Virus record (IMG/VR): IMGVR_UViG_3300025307_000067
Location: 1 to 53,390 of that record
Reading direction: 5' to 3' (one strand)
Source: a virus
Lineage: Duplodnaviria; Caudoviricetes
DNA: 53,390 bases
Made by a program: the position numbers and the translations under genes. This document shows, in pieces, positions 45,316-53,390 of this stretch; position 1 is the stretch's first letter; every line of letters begins with the position of its first letter. Below the pieces are notes generated by a model, which saw only the letters and a program-made list of their open reading frames with translations, was not told where the DNA came from and searched no databases.

Positions 45316-46328
45316 TGGTCACTCCTTACTATAAACCTGAGCCTCATATTCTTGGATGGCTTAGATGTTTTACCTTGCCTTCTGATACTGTTTTGGATGT
45401 GGGGAGTGGAGATAGGCGTTATCAGGACATCGGGGCCTCTGATATTAAGAGTTTGGATATTTGGCCGGCTGCTGAACCAGACTATCTTCTCGATCTCGAA
45501 GATAAAGATTTACCAGATAAAATGTTTAGTGTGATTTTTCTTATTGATCTTTTAGAACATCTTACTGATAAACGCGGTCGTGAGATTTTAGAGCAAGCAA
45601 AGAAGAGGGCTAAAAGAGCGGTTGTTGTTTTGACTCCTCTTACATGGGACGAGAATCGTCGTCCTTATCGTTCGGCAGGGGGATTTTATCAAGGTAATCA
45701 GGCAGTTTTACATCGTAGTTTGTGGTCCTTAGCTGATTTTGATCATAACTGGACACGAGTTTGGTTGCCCTCAACGAAGAAAGGTTTTTTCGGATACTGG
45801 GTGAGACCTATGACTGATTTCGGAGTTAGTAATTTTAATATAGATTCTGGCTCTCACTTGCCAGTTCTAACAAAACTTATGGAAATATCAGAAGGTCCCG
45901 TGTTGGAGTTAGGGACAGGGTTCTACTCGACCCCTTATTTGCATTGGGCTTGTTTTCAGCAGAATCGAAAACTGGTGTCTTACGACGCCTCCCTTTTGTA
46001 TTTTGAGTTAGCGAGTGGCTGTGCTCGAGACTTCCATGAAGTTTATTTTGTGAAGGACTGGAACAAGATAAATATCTCTCAACATTGGGGTATAGCACTT
46101 GTTGATCATGAGCCTATTCTTCAACGTCTTGTCGACATTCAGAGGTTAGCCAATAACTCCGACTATATAGTTCTCCACGATTCGGAAGAAAGCAACGACT
46201 ACGCTTACAAGTATTCTGAAATATACTCCCTTTTTAAGTATCGGTATGATTATAATAAACGACTACCACACACAACGGTAGTTTCTAATTTTAAGGATTT
46301 ATCTGAGTTAAAAGAGAGACTTGGATGA
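45312..46328 (+). CDS. tandem class I SAM methyltransferases
   Basis: VLDVGSG...LEHL; second domain VLELGTGFYST...VLHD. Confidence 0.82.
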   Translation: MMVTPYYKPEPHILGWLRCFTLPSDTVLDVGSGDRRYQDIGASDIKSLDIWPAAEPDYLLDLEDKDLPDKMFSVIFLIDLLEHLTDKRGREILEQAKKRAKRAVVVLTPLTWDENRRPYRSAGGFYQGNQAVLHRSLWSLADFDHNWTRVWLPSTKKGFFGYWVRPMTDFGVSNFNIDSGSHLPVLTKLMEISEGPVLELGTGFYSTPYLHWACFQQNRKLVSYDASLLYFELASGCARDFHEVYFVKDWNKINISQHWGIALVDHEPILQRLVDIQRLANNSDYIVLHDSEESNDYAYKYSEIYSLFKYRYDYNKRLPHTTVVSNFKDLSELKERLG

Positions 46329-46383
46329 GATCATCGACTTGGGAATTATTTTTAGCCGCACTTATTGGTTATATTATCGGTAG

Positions 46384-47847
46384 GTGGTGGTAATGGAAAT
46401 AGTTCTAATTGCTCAAGTTTGTATGTATAATGAAGTCTTGAAAGGTAATCTTGACAGATGTCTAGATAACCTGAGGCGATACTGTGATCACATTGTCATT
46501 TACGATGATGCCTCTACTGACAACAGTGTAGAAGTAGCCCTGAAATATACTCCTCATATTATCCGAGGCGAAGTTAATAATCAGATGCAAGAGTTGGCTC
46601 ATAAACAAATGATACTCGAAAAGTCGCTTGAATTGGGAGCGACTCATCTCTTCTGGCTTGATTGTGATGAGGTTTTAGAGCGCGATGGTACAATGGGTGG
46701 ACTCCGAGAACTCTGTGATAACTGGCCTGATGGTTTAGACGCGTATAGTTTTCGGGAACTTAACCTTTGGCGTTCACAAACATATGTACGCACTGATAGT
46801 CTTTTTTCAGTAGCCAGGTTTGTTAGATTATGGAAGGTGGTTCCGGGAATCTCCTTTACTGTTCGTGGAGGTGTTCATCTACGACTTTATCCCAAGACAA
46901 TTGAAAATGTGCAAGAGGCCCCGTTCGGTGTGATCCATTATGGATTCTGGGATTACAAGAAAATGTTGGTTAAGATCGGAGCTCATCTTTTTGACTGGAA
47001 AGAACTCCAAACCTGTTCCTTAACCAACTGGATTTTGGGAGAGACTGGGTGTTCTTGTTATAGATTACCAGATAAATCGTTTCCTCCTGGGTGTTTGCCT
47101 CCTGATATTTGGGATCAGCCGCAACCTCGTCTAACAAGTGATTTACTCCCAGATCCTCCTGATGAACTCCTACCTCCTTTGATGGATAAGAGGGCCGTGG
47201 CCGAGTGGGGCCGGTTACACCATGCAAGTTATCATGGAACCTATAAAAAGACTCACACTCGTAACAGTAATATCTGGGAAGCAAAAACGATAGATTGTCT
47301 GAATAGAATTAGCTTGTTAAGATTTGATCCCAAAGGAAAGATCATCTTTGATGTTGGTTGTGGTGGCGGATGGTTCATGTTAGATTGTTTAATCAATGGT
47401 GCCAAGGAAGTTATTGGTTTTGAAATAGATTCTAAACTTATTAAACGTGCAACAAGGAGCTTCCAAAAATTAGGGGTACAAAGTAGCCTTTACTCTTTTA
47501 TCGACTTGTCAGCACCCGCTCAGGCACTTCCTAAGGCAGATATAGTCTACTCTGTAGCCGTATTTATGCATATTCCATTTTGGCAGGCAGTCCGTTACTT
47601 CCAATGGATATATGAAACTCTGGTTCCGGGTGGCGAAGCGCATCTCCAGTTTAATCAAGGACATGATTTTCTTGAGACCAAGTTCTGGTGTGGTACCACT
47701 GAAGGTCGTGTTGATAGTGTTAGCACGATTCGTCTTGATCACGAACTAGAGCGAGCAGGGCTTATTATTGAATCCAAACATTTGGCAGAGGGAGAAGGGG
47801 TTCTCCCAGTTTGGCAGATGTACAGATGCATTAAGGGAGCGACATGA
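46384..47847 (+). CDS. GT2 glycosyltransferase fused to methyltransferase
   Basis: YDDASTD, LDCDE, IHYG; IFDVGCGGG, VFMHIP. Confidence 0.85.
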   Translation: MVVMEIVLIAQVCMYNEVLKGNLDRCLDNLRRYCDHIVIYDDASTDNSVEVALKYTPHIIRGEVNNQMQELAHKQMILEKSLELGATHLFWLDCDEVLERDGTMGGLRELCDNWPDGLDAYSFRELNLWRSQTYVRTDSLFSVARFVRLWKVVPGISFTVRGGVHLRLYPKTIENVQEAPFGVIHYGFWDYKKMLVKIGAHLFDWKELQTCSLTNWILGETGCSCYRLPDKSFPPGCLPPDIWDQPQPRLTSDLLPDPPDELLPPLMDKRAVAEWGRLHHASYHGTYKKTHTRNSNIWEAKTIDCLNRISLLRFDPKGKIIFDVGCGGGWFMLDCLINGAKEVIGFEIDSKLIKRATRSFQKLGVQSSLYSFIDLSAPAQALPKADIVYSVAVFMHIPFWQAVRYFQWIYETLVPGGEAHLQFNQGHDFLETKFWCGTTEGRVDSVSTIRLDHELERAGLIIESKHLAEGEGVLPVWQMYRCIKGAT

Positions 47848-48746
47848 GAGTAGCAGTTGTTATGGCTGGATTATTGGGTTGTTATCAGGTTTCTATTGAT
47901 TCCATTATGGAGAATCTTATAGTCCCTAACAATGTAGATGTTTTTGTTCTCACCTCACGTTACAATTATGTACACGTCTCATCAGAGGAGGATTTCACTC
48001 CGTATAATTTTCCTGCCTTGGTCTCTTCAGTTGATGAAGATCGCATTAAACAATGTTTTGGAAAACATCTTCGTTACTTTTCATACTCTGAAGATTTGTC
48101 TGGTTATCAAGAAGAATTAGAGAAACAGAAAGATAAGTTGAAAGAAAGATTACTTGATTTTGAAGGAGAGGATTTTTATTTTAATAGATCATCTGGAACA
48201 GTTCATAACGAAACAACATATTTAGATCAATATTTGAAATTGAAGTTTTTGATGTCTTTGGTATCTGGTTATAATCTAGTGATAAGGTTCAGGATTGACC
48301 ATGTTTTAACTAAGCGTTTAGTTCTTAAACCAGTAGAAGATGACACATTGTGGTGGGGAGGACATGAAGCCTACCTTTTTTGGGGAAGCGAAGAAACTAT
48401 GAAGCAGGTTTGCAACAATTTCTTGAATGAAATTGGCACATATAAGGCTCCAAGATATTTAAGGAATATTTCTGGTTTAGCATATGGTCTTGGCTCTGAT
48501 AGTCAATTTCATGGATTTCTTAAAAAGGAAACCATTAATACAAATCTTTCAGGAATTAAAGTTGGTTGGAGGTTACACAAACGAGACTCAATTTGTCATA
48601 TCATAGATTATGGGGTGTCTGAAGCAGAAATAAAAACTGCTGGAATTGCCCAGAAAGACTATCATATTTTTCATAAAAGTGTGGTACCTTATCATCCGAC
48701 TTTTGATACTAAACAAAATATTCTTTGGTCATATATGCTGTATTGA
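47844..48746 (+). CDS. putative glycosyltransferase
   Basis: MRVAVVMAG, VDVF, QYLK, YNLVIRFRID (GT-A-like). Confidence 0.6.
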   Translation: MRVAVVMAGLLGCYQVSIDSIMENLIVPNNVDVFVLTSRYNYVHVSSEEDFTPYNFPALVSSVDEDRIKQCFGKHLRYFSYSEDLSGYQEELEKQKDKLKERLLDFEGEDFYFNRSSGTVHNETTYLDQYLKLKFLMSLVSGYNLVIRFRIDHVLTKRLVLKPVEDDTLWWGGHEAYLFWGSEETMKQVCNNFLNEIGTYKAPRYLRNISGLAYGLGSDSQFHGFLKKETINTNLSGIKVGWRLHKRDSICHIIDYGVSEAEIKTAGIAQKDYHIFHKSVVPYHPTFDTKQNILWSYMLY

Positions 48747-48761
48747 GAAAAGGATAACAAA

Positions 48762-49400
48762 ATGGATTATAAGCAATGGCGAGAATGGTGGGTATCGAGA
48801 GCACTCGAATACTTTACCGATAAAGTTTGGCAGTTTAGTAAGCCAAATTTAATTGAGCGTTTGGGTATAGAGAAAACTCACTGTGTTTTGGAAATAGGAT
48901 TTGGTTATGGACGAGAACTCAGTCAGTTTTGTAAACTCAGTGATAATGTTTATGGATTGGAATTAACCGACTGGTCTTGTGAGAATACTTTGAAGATGCT
49001 ATCTAAACGAAAGGTGACTCCCTTGCCCAGACTCAAATCCTATGATGGGAAAATCATTCCTTTTCCAACCAGTGCTTTTAATGCTATCTATTCTTGCTTT
49101 GTGATTCAGCATCTTAGTCGTCAACATGCTCTTGATCTGATTAAAGAATCCATTCGAGTTTTGGGATATCAAGGCAAGATATTATTTGAATTTTTTGGAG
49201 ACCCAACATATTATAACAATGGCCAGGATGTTTTCAGCGGAGAAGATGGAGCAGGAGGCATGTTTAATAACGCCTACGTTTCTTCTGAGATTCCTGGTAT
49301 CATAGAATCTTGTGGCGGTAGGTTGTTATGGTGCGAAGTTTCCTCTGTGACTCATGAATGGGGAAATCATTGGGCTTGTTTTGAAAGAGTGTCGGCGTGA
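48762..49400 (+). CDS. class I SAM methyltransferase
   Basis: VLEIGFGYGR, FNAIYSCFVIQHL, RVL...G. Confidence 0.88.
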   Translation: MDYKQWREWWVSRALEYFTDKVWQFSKPNLIERLGIEKTHCVLEIGFGYGRELSQFCKLSDNVYGLELTDWSCENTLKMLSKRKVTPLPRLKSYDGKIIPFPTSAFNAIYSCFVIQHLSRQHALDLIKESIRVLGYQGKILFEFFGDPTYYNNGQDVFSGEDGAGGMFNNAYVSSEIPGIIESCGGRLLWCEVSSVTHEWGNHWACFERVSA

Positions 49401-51724
49401 GTAAAAGAACAAATATACCTAAAATCTGCCACCTATACTGGGGGAAAGATAGACCGTTGTCTTGGCTACGATGGTTGACCGCTAAGACATTTGCTTCTTT
49501 AAATCCAGATTGGCAGGTGATTGCATGGTATCCTAAACAGCCTGGGCTGCCAGGGCCTTGGAAAACTAAGGAGCATTCATATAGCTCATGGGAGGGGGAG
49601 GATTGGTTCAAACGTTTACCAGAGGCCGGACCGAATGTAGAGATTCGAGAAGCCCCTATCGGAGATTTTCCTTTATTAAGTGAGGTCCATCGCTCGGATC
49701 TCCTTAGGTGGCGTCTTCTTCATACTATGGGGGGGTTTTGGTCTGATTTTGATATCATCTATTTCCGACCCATGAAAGATTTGACACTTGATATGACTGC
49801 GGACGCTTTGCTTTGTTGGGGAGAAACAGAAGAGTTGAAGAACTGGCAAGCAATAGGCTTCTTGGCGGGAGCACCAGGATCTCCGTTATTCAAAGATATG
49901 TTTGAAGTTGGCTTTGCATTGGCCAAAGCACCGAGATTAGATTATCAAGAACTTGGAACTCATTTACTTTGTAAATTTGTCCCTCCTAAGGAAATAAGAG
50001 ATACTGGATATAGAGTAGGGCAGATTCCTATGCATGCAGTTTATCCTTTTGAGACAATAAAAAGTCAAATGCCAGCACTTTGGAAAAACTATAAGATTTT
50101 AGATGTCAGAGAATCCACTATTGGAGTTCATTGGTTTGCTGGACAGGAACTTGCCGGCTTAATGGAATCTTCTTGGTCGAGCTCTGCTGATGTAGAAAAA
50201 GAAAGGAGATTAGGGGGTGTTCGGTGGGCGCTTGAGAAAACAGGGATTGTCGCCCCTTTTGTTCCCGGGATAAGAACTGAATACAGCATCATTATGCCGT
50301 ATCTGGATCGGGCAACCTTGTTGCATAATAGCCTTTTAAGTTTTTCTTACTGGTATTCTGATCGTGATGATTGGGAAGTTATAATCGTTAAGGATTCAAA
50401 GTGTTCTAAAGAAGATAAGTTATCTGAAGTGGTAGCCGCATGGCGCCAGAGAGGGATAGATATTCGTATTGTAGAACAGAAAGCCGATGATTGTTATGGG
50501 CCTTCTAAGCTATTTAATCAAGGAGTGGCTGAGTGTCAAGGACAATATGTCATTCTTACCAGCCCTGAAGTTTTTCACAATTCAGATATTCTTGAGGGTC
50601 TTGATTTGGCCTTTGATGATGATCCCAATCAATATGTAGTATGTGCTTGTCAGAGCTTGGGACGAGTTAGAGTAGGAATGGAAACAGAGATAAAACGTTA
50701 TAACCAACTTCGTGGACAGTTTAAAGAATGGTTTCAACATAGCATTCACCGACCTGCCAAGTATCATTTTTGTTCTGCTTTGAAAAAAGAGTTATATCTC
50801 AAGGCGGGAGGATTCGATGAGGACTACGCCCTGGGATTTTGCTTTGATGACGATGATTTTCGTGATTCAATAATTGAGGTTGGGATTACTTTATCTCAGC
50901 GAGACGACCTTCTCACTTCTCACCAGTGGCATGTTCATTGTAATGTGCCTGACAAAAAAGTTCGCTGGGATAGGAATTTGAAACTTTATGAGTCAAAGCA
51001 TGGGACTTACCATTCAATTACTATGTCGTCACCACCAGCTAAGTTAGCACCAGCAATCGTACCTTCTTGTGATCGCTCAGGATCTCCAAAAGTTACTATT
51101 GTTTGTGTTCTAAAATCTGGAGGTGCCTTCACTCCAGATTATGTAACTAAACTTTATAATATGGTAGAGAGGAATACTACTCAGGCTTACGAGTTTATTT
51201 GTCTAACTGATTTTCCTAAAATTAAAGATTGTCAAATCACAAAATTGTTGAACGATTTCCCTGGATGGTGGTCCAAGATAGAACTATTTCGTCCCGGGTT
51301 GGCTTCTACTGAAAAACTAATTTACTTTGACTTAGATACTATTATCTTAGGAAACATTGATGCCTTCTTTGAATTTGGGGGCGAATTCTACGGCTTGAGG
51401 CCTTGGAATCGTGGTAATCAATTAAGAGGACAATTTGGTTCTGGGGTCATGGCTTGGAAATCAGACTCAGTAAATTTCATTTATAATGATTTTGACATTT
51501 CTCAGATTTCACCTCATTTTGGTGATCAGGCATATATTTCAAGGTCTTTAACTGATAATGGGGTTAACTATCAACCACTTCAAGATGTTGTAAGTGGAAT
51601 TTATTCTTATAAACGCGAGTGTAGTCGTAAAGGCCCTCCAAGTGACGCTAGAATTATCTGTTTTCATGGTCGTCCACGAGTACATGAAGTTAACGAGTCT
51701 TGGGTACATGAGGCGTGGAGATAG
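49397..51724 (+). CDS. three-domain glycosyltransferase (GT32/DXD + GT2 + GT8-like)
   Basis: IPKICHLYW..SDLLRW..GGFWSDFD; SIIMPY..GGFDE..DDDF; VCVLKSGG..WWSKIELF..YFDLD..GDQ..CFHGRPR. Confidence 0.88.
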   Translation: MSKRTNIPKICHLYWGKDRPLSWLRWLTAKTFASLNPDWQVIAWYPKQPGLPGPWKTKEHSYSSWEGEDWFKRLPEAGPNVEIREAPIGDFPLLSEVHRSDLLRWRLLHTMGGFWSDFDIIYFRPMKDLTLDMTADALLCWGETEELKNWQAIGFLAGAPGSPLFKDMFEVGFALAKAPRLDYQELGTHLLCKFVPPKEIRDTGYRVGQIPMHAVYPFETIKSQMPALWKNYKILDVRESTIGVHWFAGQELAGLMESSWSSSADVEKERRLGGVRWALEKTGIVAPFVPGIRTEYSIIMPYLDRATLLHNSLLSFSYWYSDRDDWEVIIVKDSKCSKEDKLSEVVAAWRQRGIDIRIVEQKADDCYGPSKLFNQGVAECQGQYVILTSPEVFHNSDILEGLDLAFDDDPNQYVVCACQSLGRVRVGMETEIKRYNQLRGQFKEWFQHSIHRPAKYHFCSALKKELYLKAGGFDEDYALGFCFDDDDFRDSIIEVGITLSQRDDLLTSHQWHVHCNVPDKKVRWDRNLKLYESKHGTYHSITMSSPPAKLAPAIVPSCDRSGSPKVTIVCVLKSGGAFTPDYVTKLYNMVERNTTQAYEFICLTDFPKIKDCQITKLLNDFPGWWSKIELFRPGLASTEKLIYFDLDTIILGNIDAFFEFGGEFYGLRPWNRGNQLRGQFGSGVMAWKSDSVNFIYNDFDISQISPHFGDQAYISRSLTDNGVNYQPLQDVVSGIYSYKRECSRKGPPSDARIICFHGRPRVHEVNESWVHEAWR

Positions 51725-51725
51725 T

Positions 51726-52088
51726 ATGGTTATCCTAATCACGGGCAAGCCAGGAGCCGGTAAATCTCATTATGCCTTTTGTTTGGCCCAAGAATTAAGA
51801 GACGAAGGAAAACTTGTACGAGTATTAGATGGAGATTTAGTTCGCCAGAGCAATAATGATAATGATTATTCAGATGATGGACGGAGAAATCATTTAATGA
51901 GAATGGCGACGCTTGCTGCCAAGACTGAAGAAGCAGATGTCATAGTAATTATAGCAGCAGTATCTCCTAAAAGAGAATGGAGAGATTCTATGCGTGCCAT
52001 GTGGAAAAGTTCCAGATTAGTTTACTTACCAGGAGGAACTCTCTGGGAAGGAACAGAATATATGAGGCCTCAAGATGATGAGTTCTGA
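51726..52088 (+). CDS. cysC: adenylyl-sulfate kinase-like protein (short)
   Basis: ITGKPGAGKS, LDGDLVR, YS.DGRRNH, AVSP. Confidence 0.8.
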   Translation: MVILITGKPGAGKSHYAFCLAQELRDEGKLVRVLDGDLVRQSNNDNDYSDDGRRNHLMRMATLAAKTEEADVIVIIAAVSPKREWRDSMRAMWKSSRLVYLPGGTLWEGTEYMRPQDDEF

Positions 52089-52791
52089 GCAGTTACCGGA
52101 TCCTATTCTCGTCACTGGGTGTGCCAGGAGTGGGACCTCGATGGTGGCGGGGGCGATAAATTTGTGCGGAGCTTTCGGTGGTATTATGCGGGGAGCGAAT
52201 CGCGCGAATGCCAAAGGAATGTTTGAGAACGCCAAAATCGTCAACACTATTACGAAACCGTATCTAAGAGAATTAGGTTTAGATCCATTGGGTCAGTTCC
52301 CTTTGCCAGATATTAACAACCTTCCTATTCCAACAGATTGGCGTAGGAGAGTTGAACAAGTTTTCATAGATGAAGGATACCAGATTGGTTCTCTTTTCTA
52401 TAAAGGAGCAAAGATGTGTTTATTTTGGCCAGTGTGGCATTATGCTTTTCCAAAATCTAAATGGGTGATCGTCAGAAGGCGCACTGGAGACATTGTTTCG
52501 TCCTGTTTACATACCGGGTTCATGCGAGCATTTCAAAATAGAAACTTTCAGAAAGCAGTTGGTGTAGATAATGAAAGAGACGGTTGGGTTTGGTGGGTCA
52601 ACCAGCATCTTGCCAGATTTCGTGAGATGATTGATGAAGGGTTGAATTGTCGTATTTTATGGCCTGAACGAATGGTCGATGGTGACTACAGCCAGTTATA
52701 TGATACGATAGAATGGCTCGGACTCAAGTGGAATCCAGAAGTTCTTACATTCATAGACTCTAAGCTCTGGAAAAGTCGCCAGAAGAGGTAG
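52075..52791 (+). CDS. sulfotransferase family protein
   Basis: PILVTGCARSGTS (5'-PSB loop), VIVRRR...VSS (3'-PB). Confidence 0.85.
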   Translation: MMSSEQLPDPILVTGCARSGTSMVAGAINLCGAFGGIMRGANRANAKGMFENAKIVNTITKPYLRELGLDPLGQFPLPDINNLPIPTDWRRRVEQVFIDEGYQIGSLFYKGAKMCLFWPVWHYAFPKSKWVIVRRRTGDIVSSCLHTGFMRAFQNRNFQKAVGVDNERDGWVWWVNQHLARFREMIDEGLNCRILWPERMVDGDYSQLYDTIEWLGLKWNPEVLTFIDSKLWKSRQKR

Positions 52792-53390
52792 ATGATGAAC
52801 ATCTTCTATGTATACTACCTAAGACGTCCCGATAAAGAAGATTCATTGTGGCCCGGAGCGAGTCAACCCTTCTATGTAGGAAAGGGCTGCAATGGAAGGA
52901 TTGGAGATCACAGATGGGAAGCAGAGCTTCTTAGACATAAACCAGGTCGTAAAACTATTAAGAACTTAATTATCCATAAATTATGGAAGCAAGGGTTGAA
53001 CTTCACAGAAGAGAAAATGTTTGAAAACCTTACTGAGAAAGAAGCTCACGAAATAGAAATTGAAGCTATCTCGGTATATGGTCGGATTGATCTTGGCACT
53101 GGCTGCTTAGCAAATTTGACAGATGGTGGTGAAGGCACTTCTGGTTGGATACCGTCAGAAGAGACAAAGCGAAAAATAGGAGATACAAAGAGAGGAAAAG
53201 AATCATGTTTAAAGGGTAAACATCTTACTGAGGCTCATAGAGAGAAGATTAGACAAGCCAATCTGGGAGAGAAAAGTCCACAGTTTGGAAAAACTAAAAC
53301 AGATGAACACAGAAAAAAAATAGGGGATTCTCAGAGAGGAGAGAAAAGTATACATTTTGGGAAACACCATTCAGATGAACGTAAAAAAAT
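52792..53390 (+). CDS. GIY-YIG/NUMOD3 homing endonuclease, truncated by window end; paralogue of 10498-11391
   Basis: Manual translation FYVYYLRRPDKED...PFYVGKG...YGRIDLGTGCLANLTDGGEG. Confidence 0.88.
   Translation, partial: MMNIFYVYYLRRPDKEDSLWPGASQPFYVGKGCNGRIGDHRWEAELLRHKPGRKTIKNLIIHKLWKQGLNFTEEKMFENLTEKEAHEIEIEAISVYGRIDLGTGCLANLTDGGEGTSGWIPSEETKRKIGDTKRGKESCLKGKHLTEAHREKIRQANLGEKSPQFGKTKTDEHRKKIGDSQRGEKSIHFGKHHSDERKK

Noticed and set aside
1-53390. Stop-codon recoding or tRNA genes
   Set aside because: Core genes are intact under the standard code, all three stops are used, and I saw no tRNA other than the tmRNA ends

Overview
A 53 kb segment of a tailed dsDNA bacteriophage genome. The host is unknown; the tmRNA tag style weakly hints at Desulfobacterota/deltaproteobacteria. 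The minus-strand arm (1-23.5 kb) holds 7-deazaguanine synthesis genes (queE, queD), a DNA methyltransferase, a divergent thymidylate-synthase homologue, DnaB-like helicase, primase, an iteron-containing initiator, a SNF2/HARP helicase, a sigma factor and many small early genes. The plus-strand arm (23.6-53.4 kb) holds TerS, a ~400-nt unassigned structured RNA, tmRNA, TerL, portal, an intein-containing MuF with two ART-like domains, protease/scaffold, capsid, SpeD and a ~9 kb glycosyl/methyl/sulfo-transferase cluster. Highlights: (1) a TIGR-Tas-type RNA-guided locus between terL and portal, with three 36-nt dual-repeat arrays (~18 units) interleaved with a ParB-like gene and a nuclease-less Nop-domain (TasA-like) gene; (2) six hammerhead-like ribozymes, some with core variants, punctuating the early operon; (3) a homing endonuclease nested in an alternative frame inside the SNF2 helicase ORF, which stays open; (4) a recurrent (K/P)-x-R-[IVL]-P-Y peptide motif on many unrelated proteins. 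All calls come from reading motifs by eye; no searches were run.
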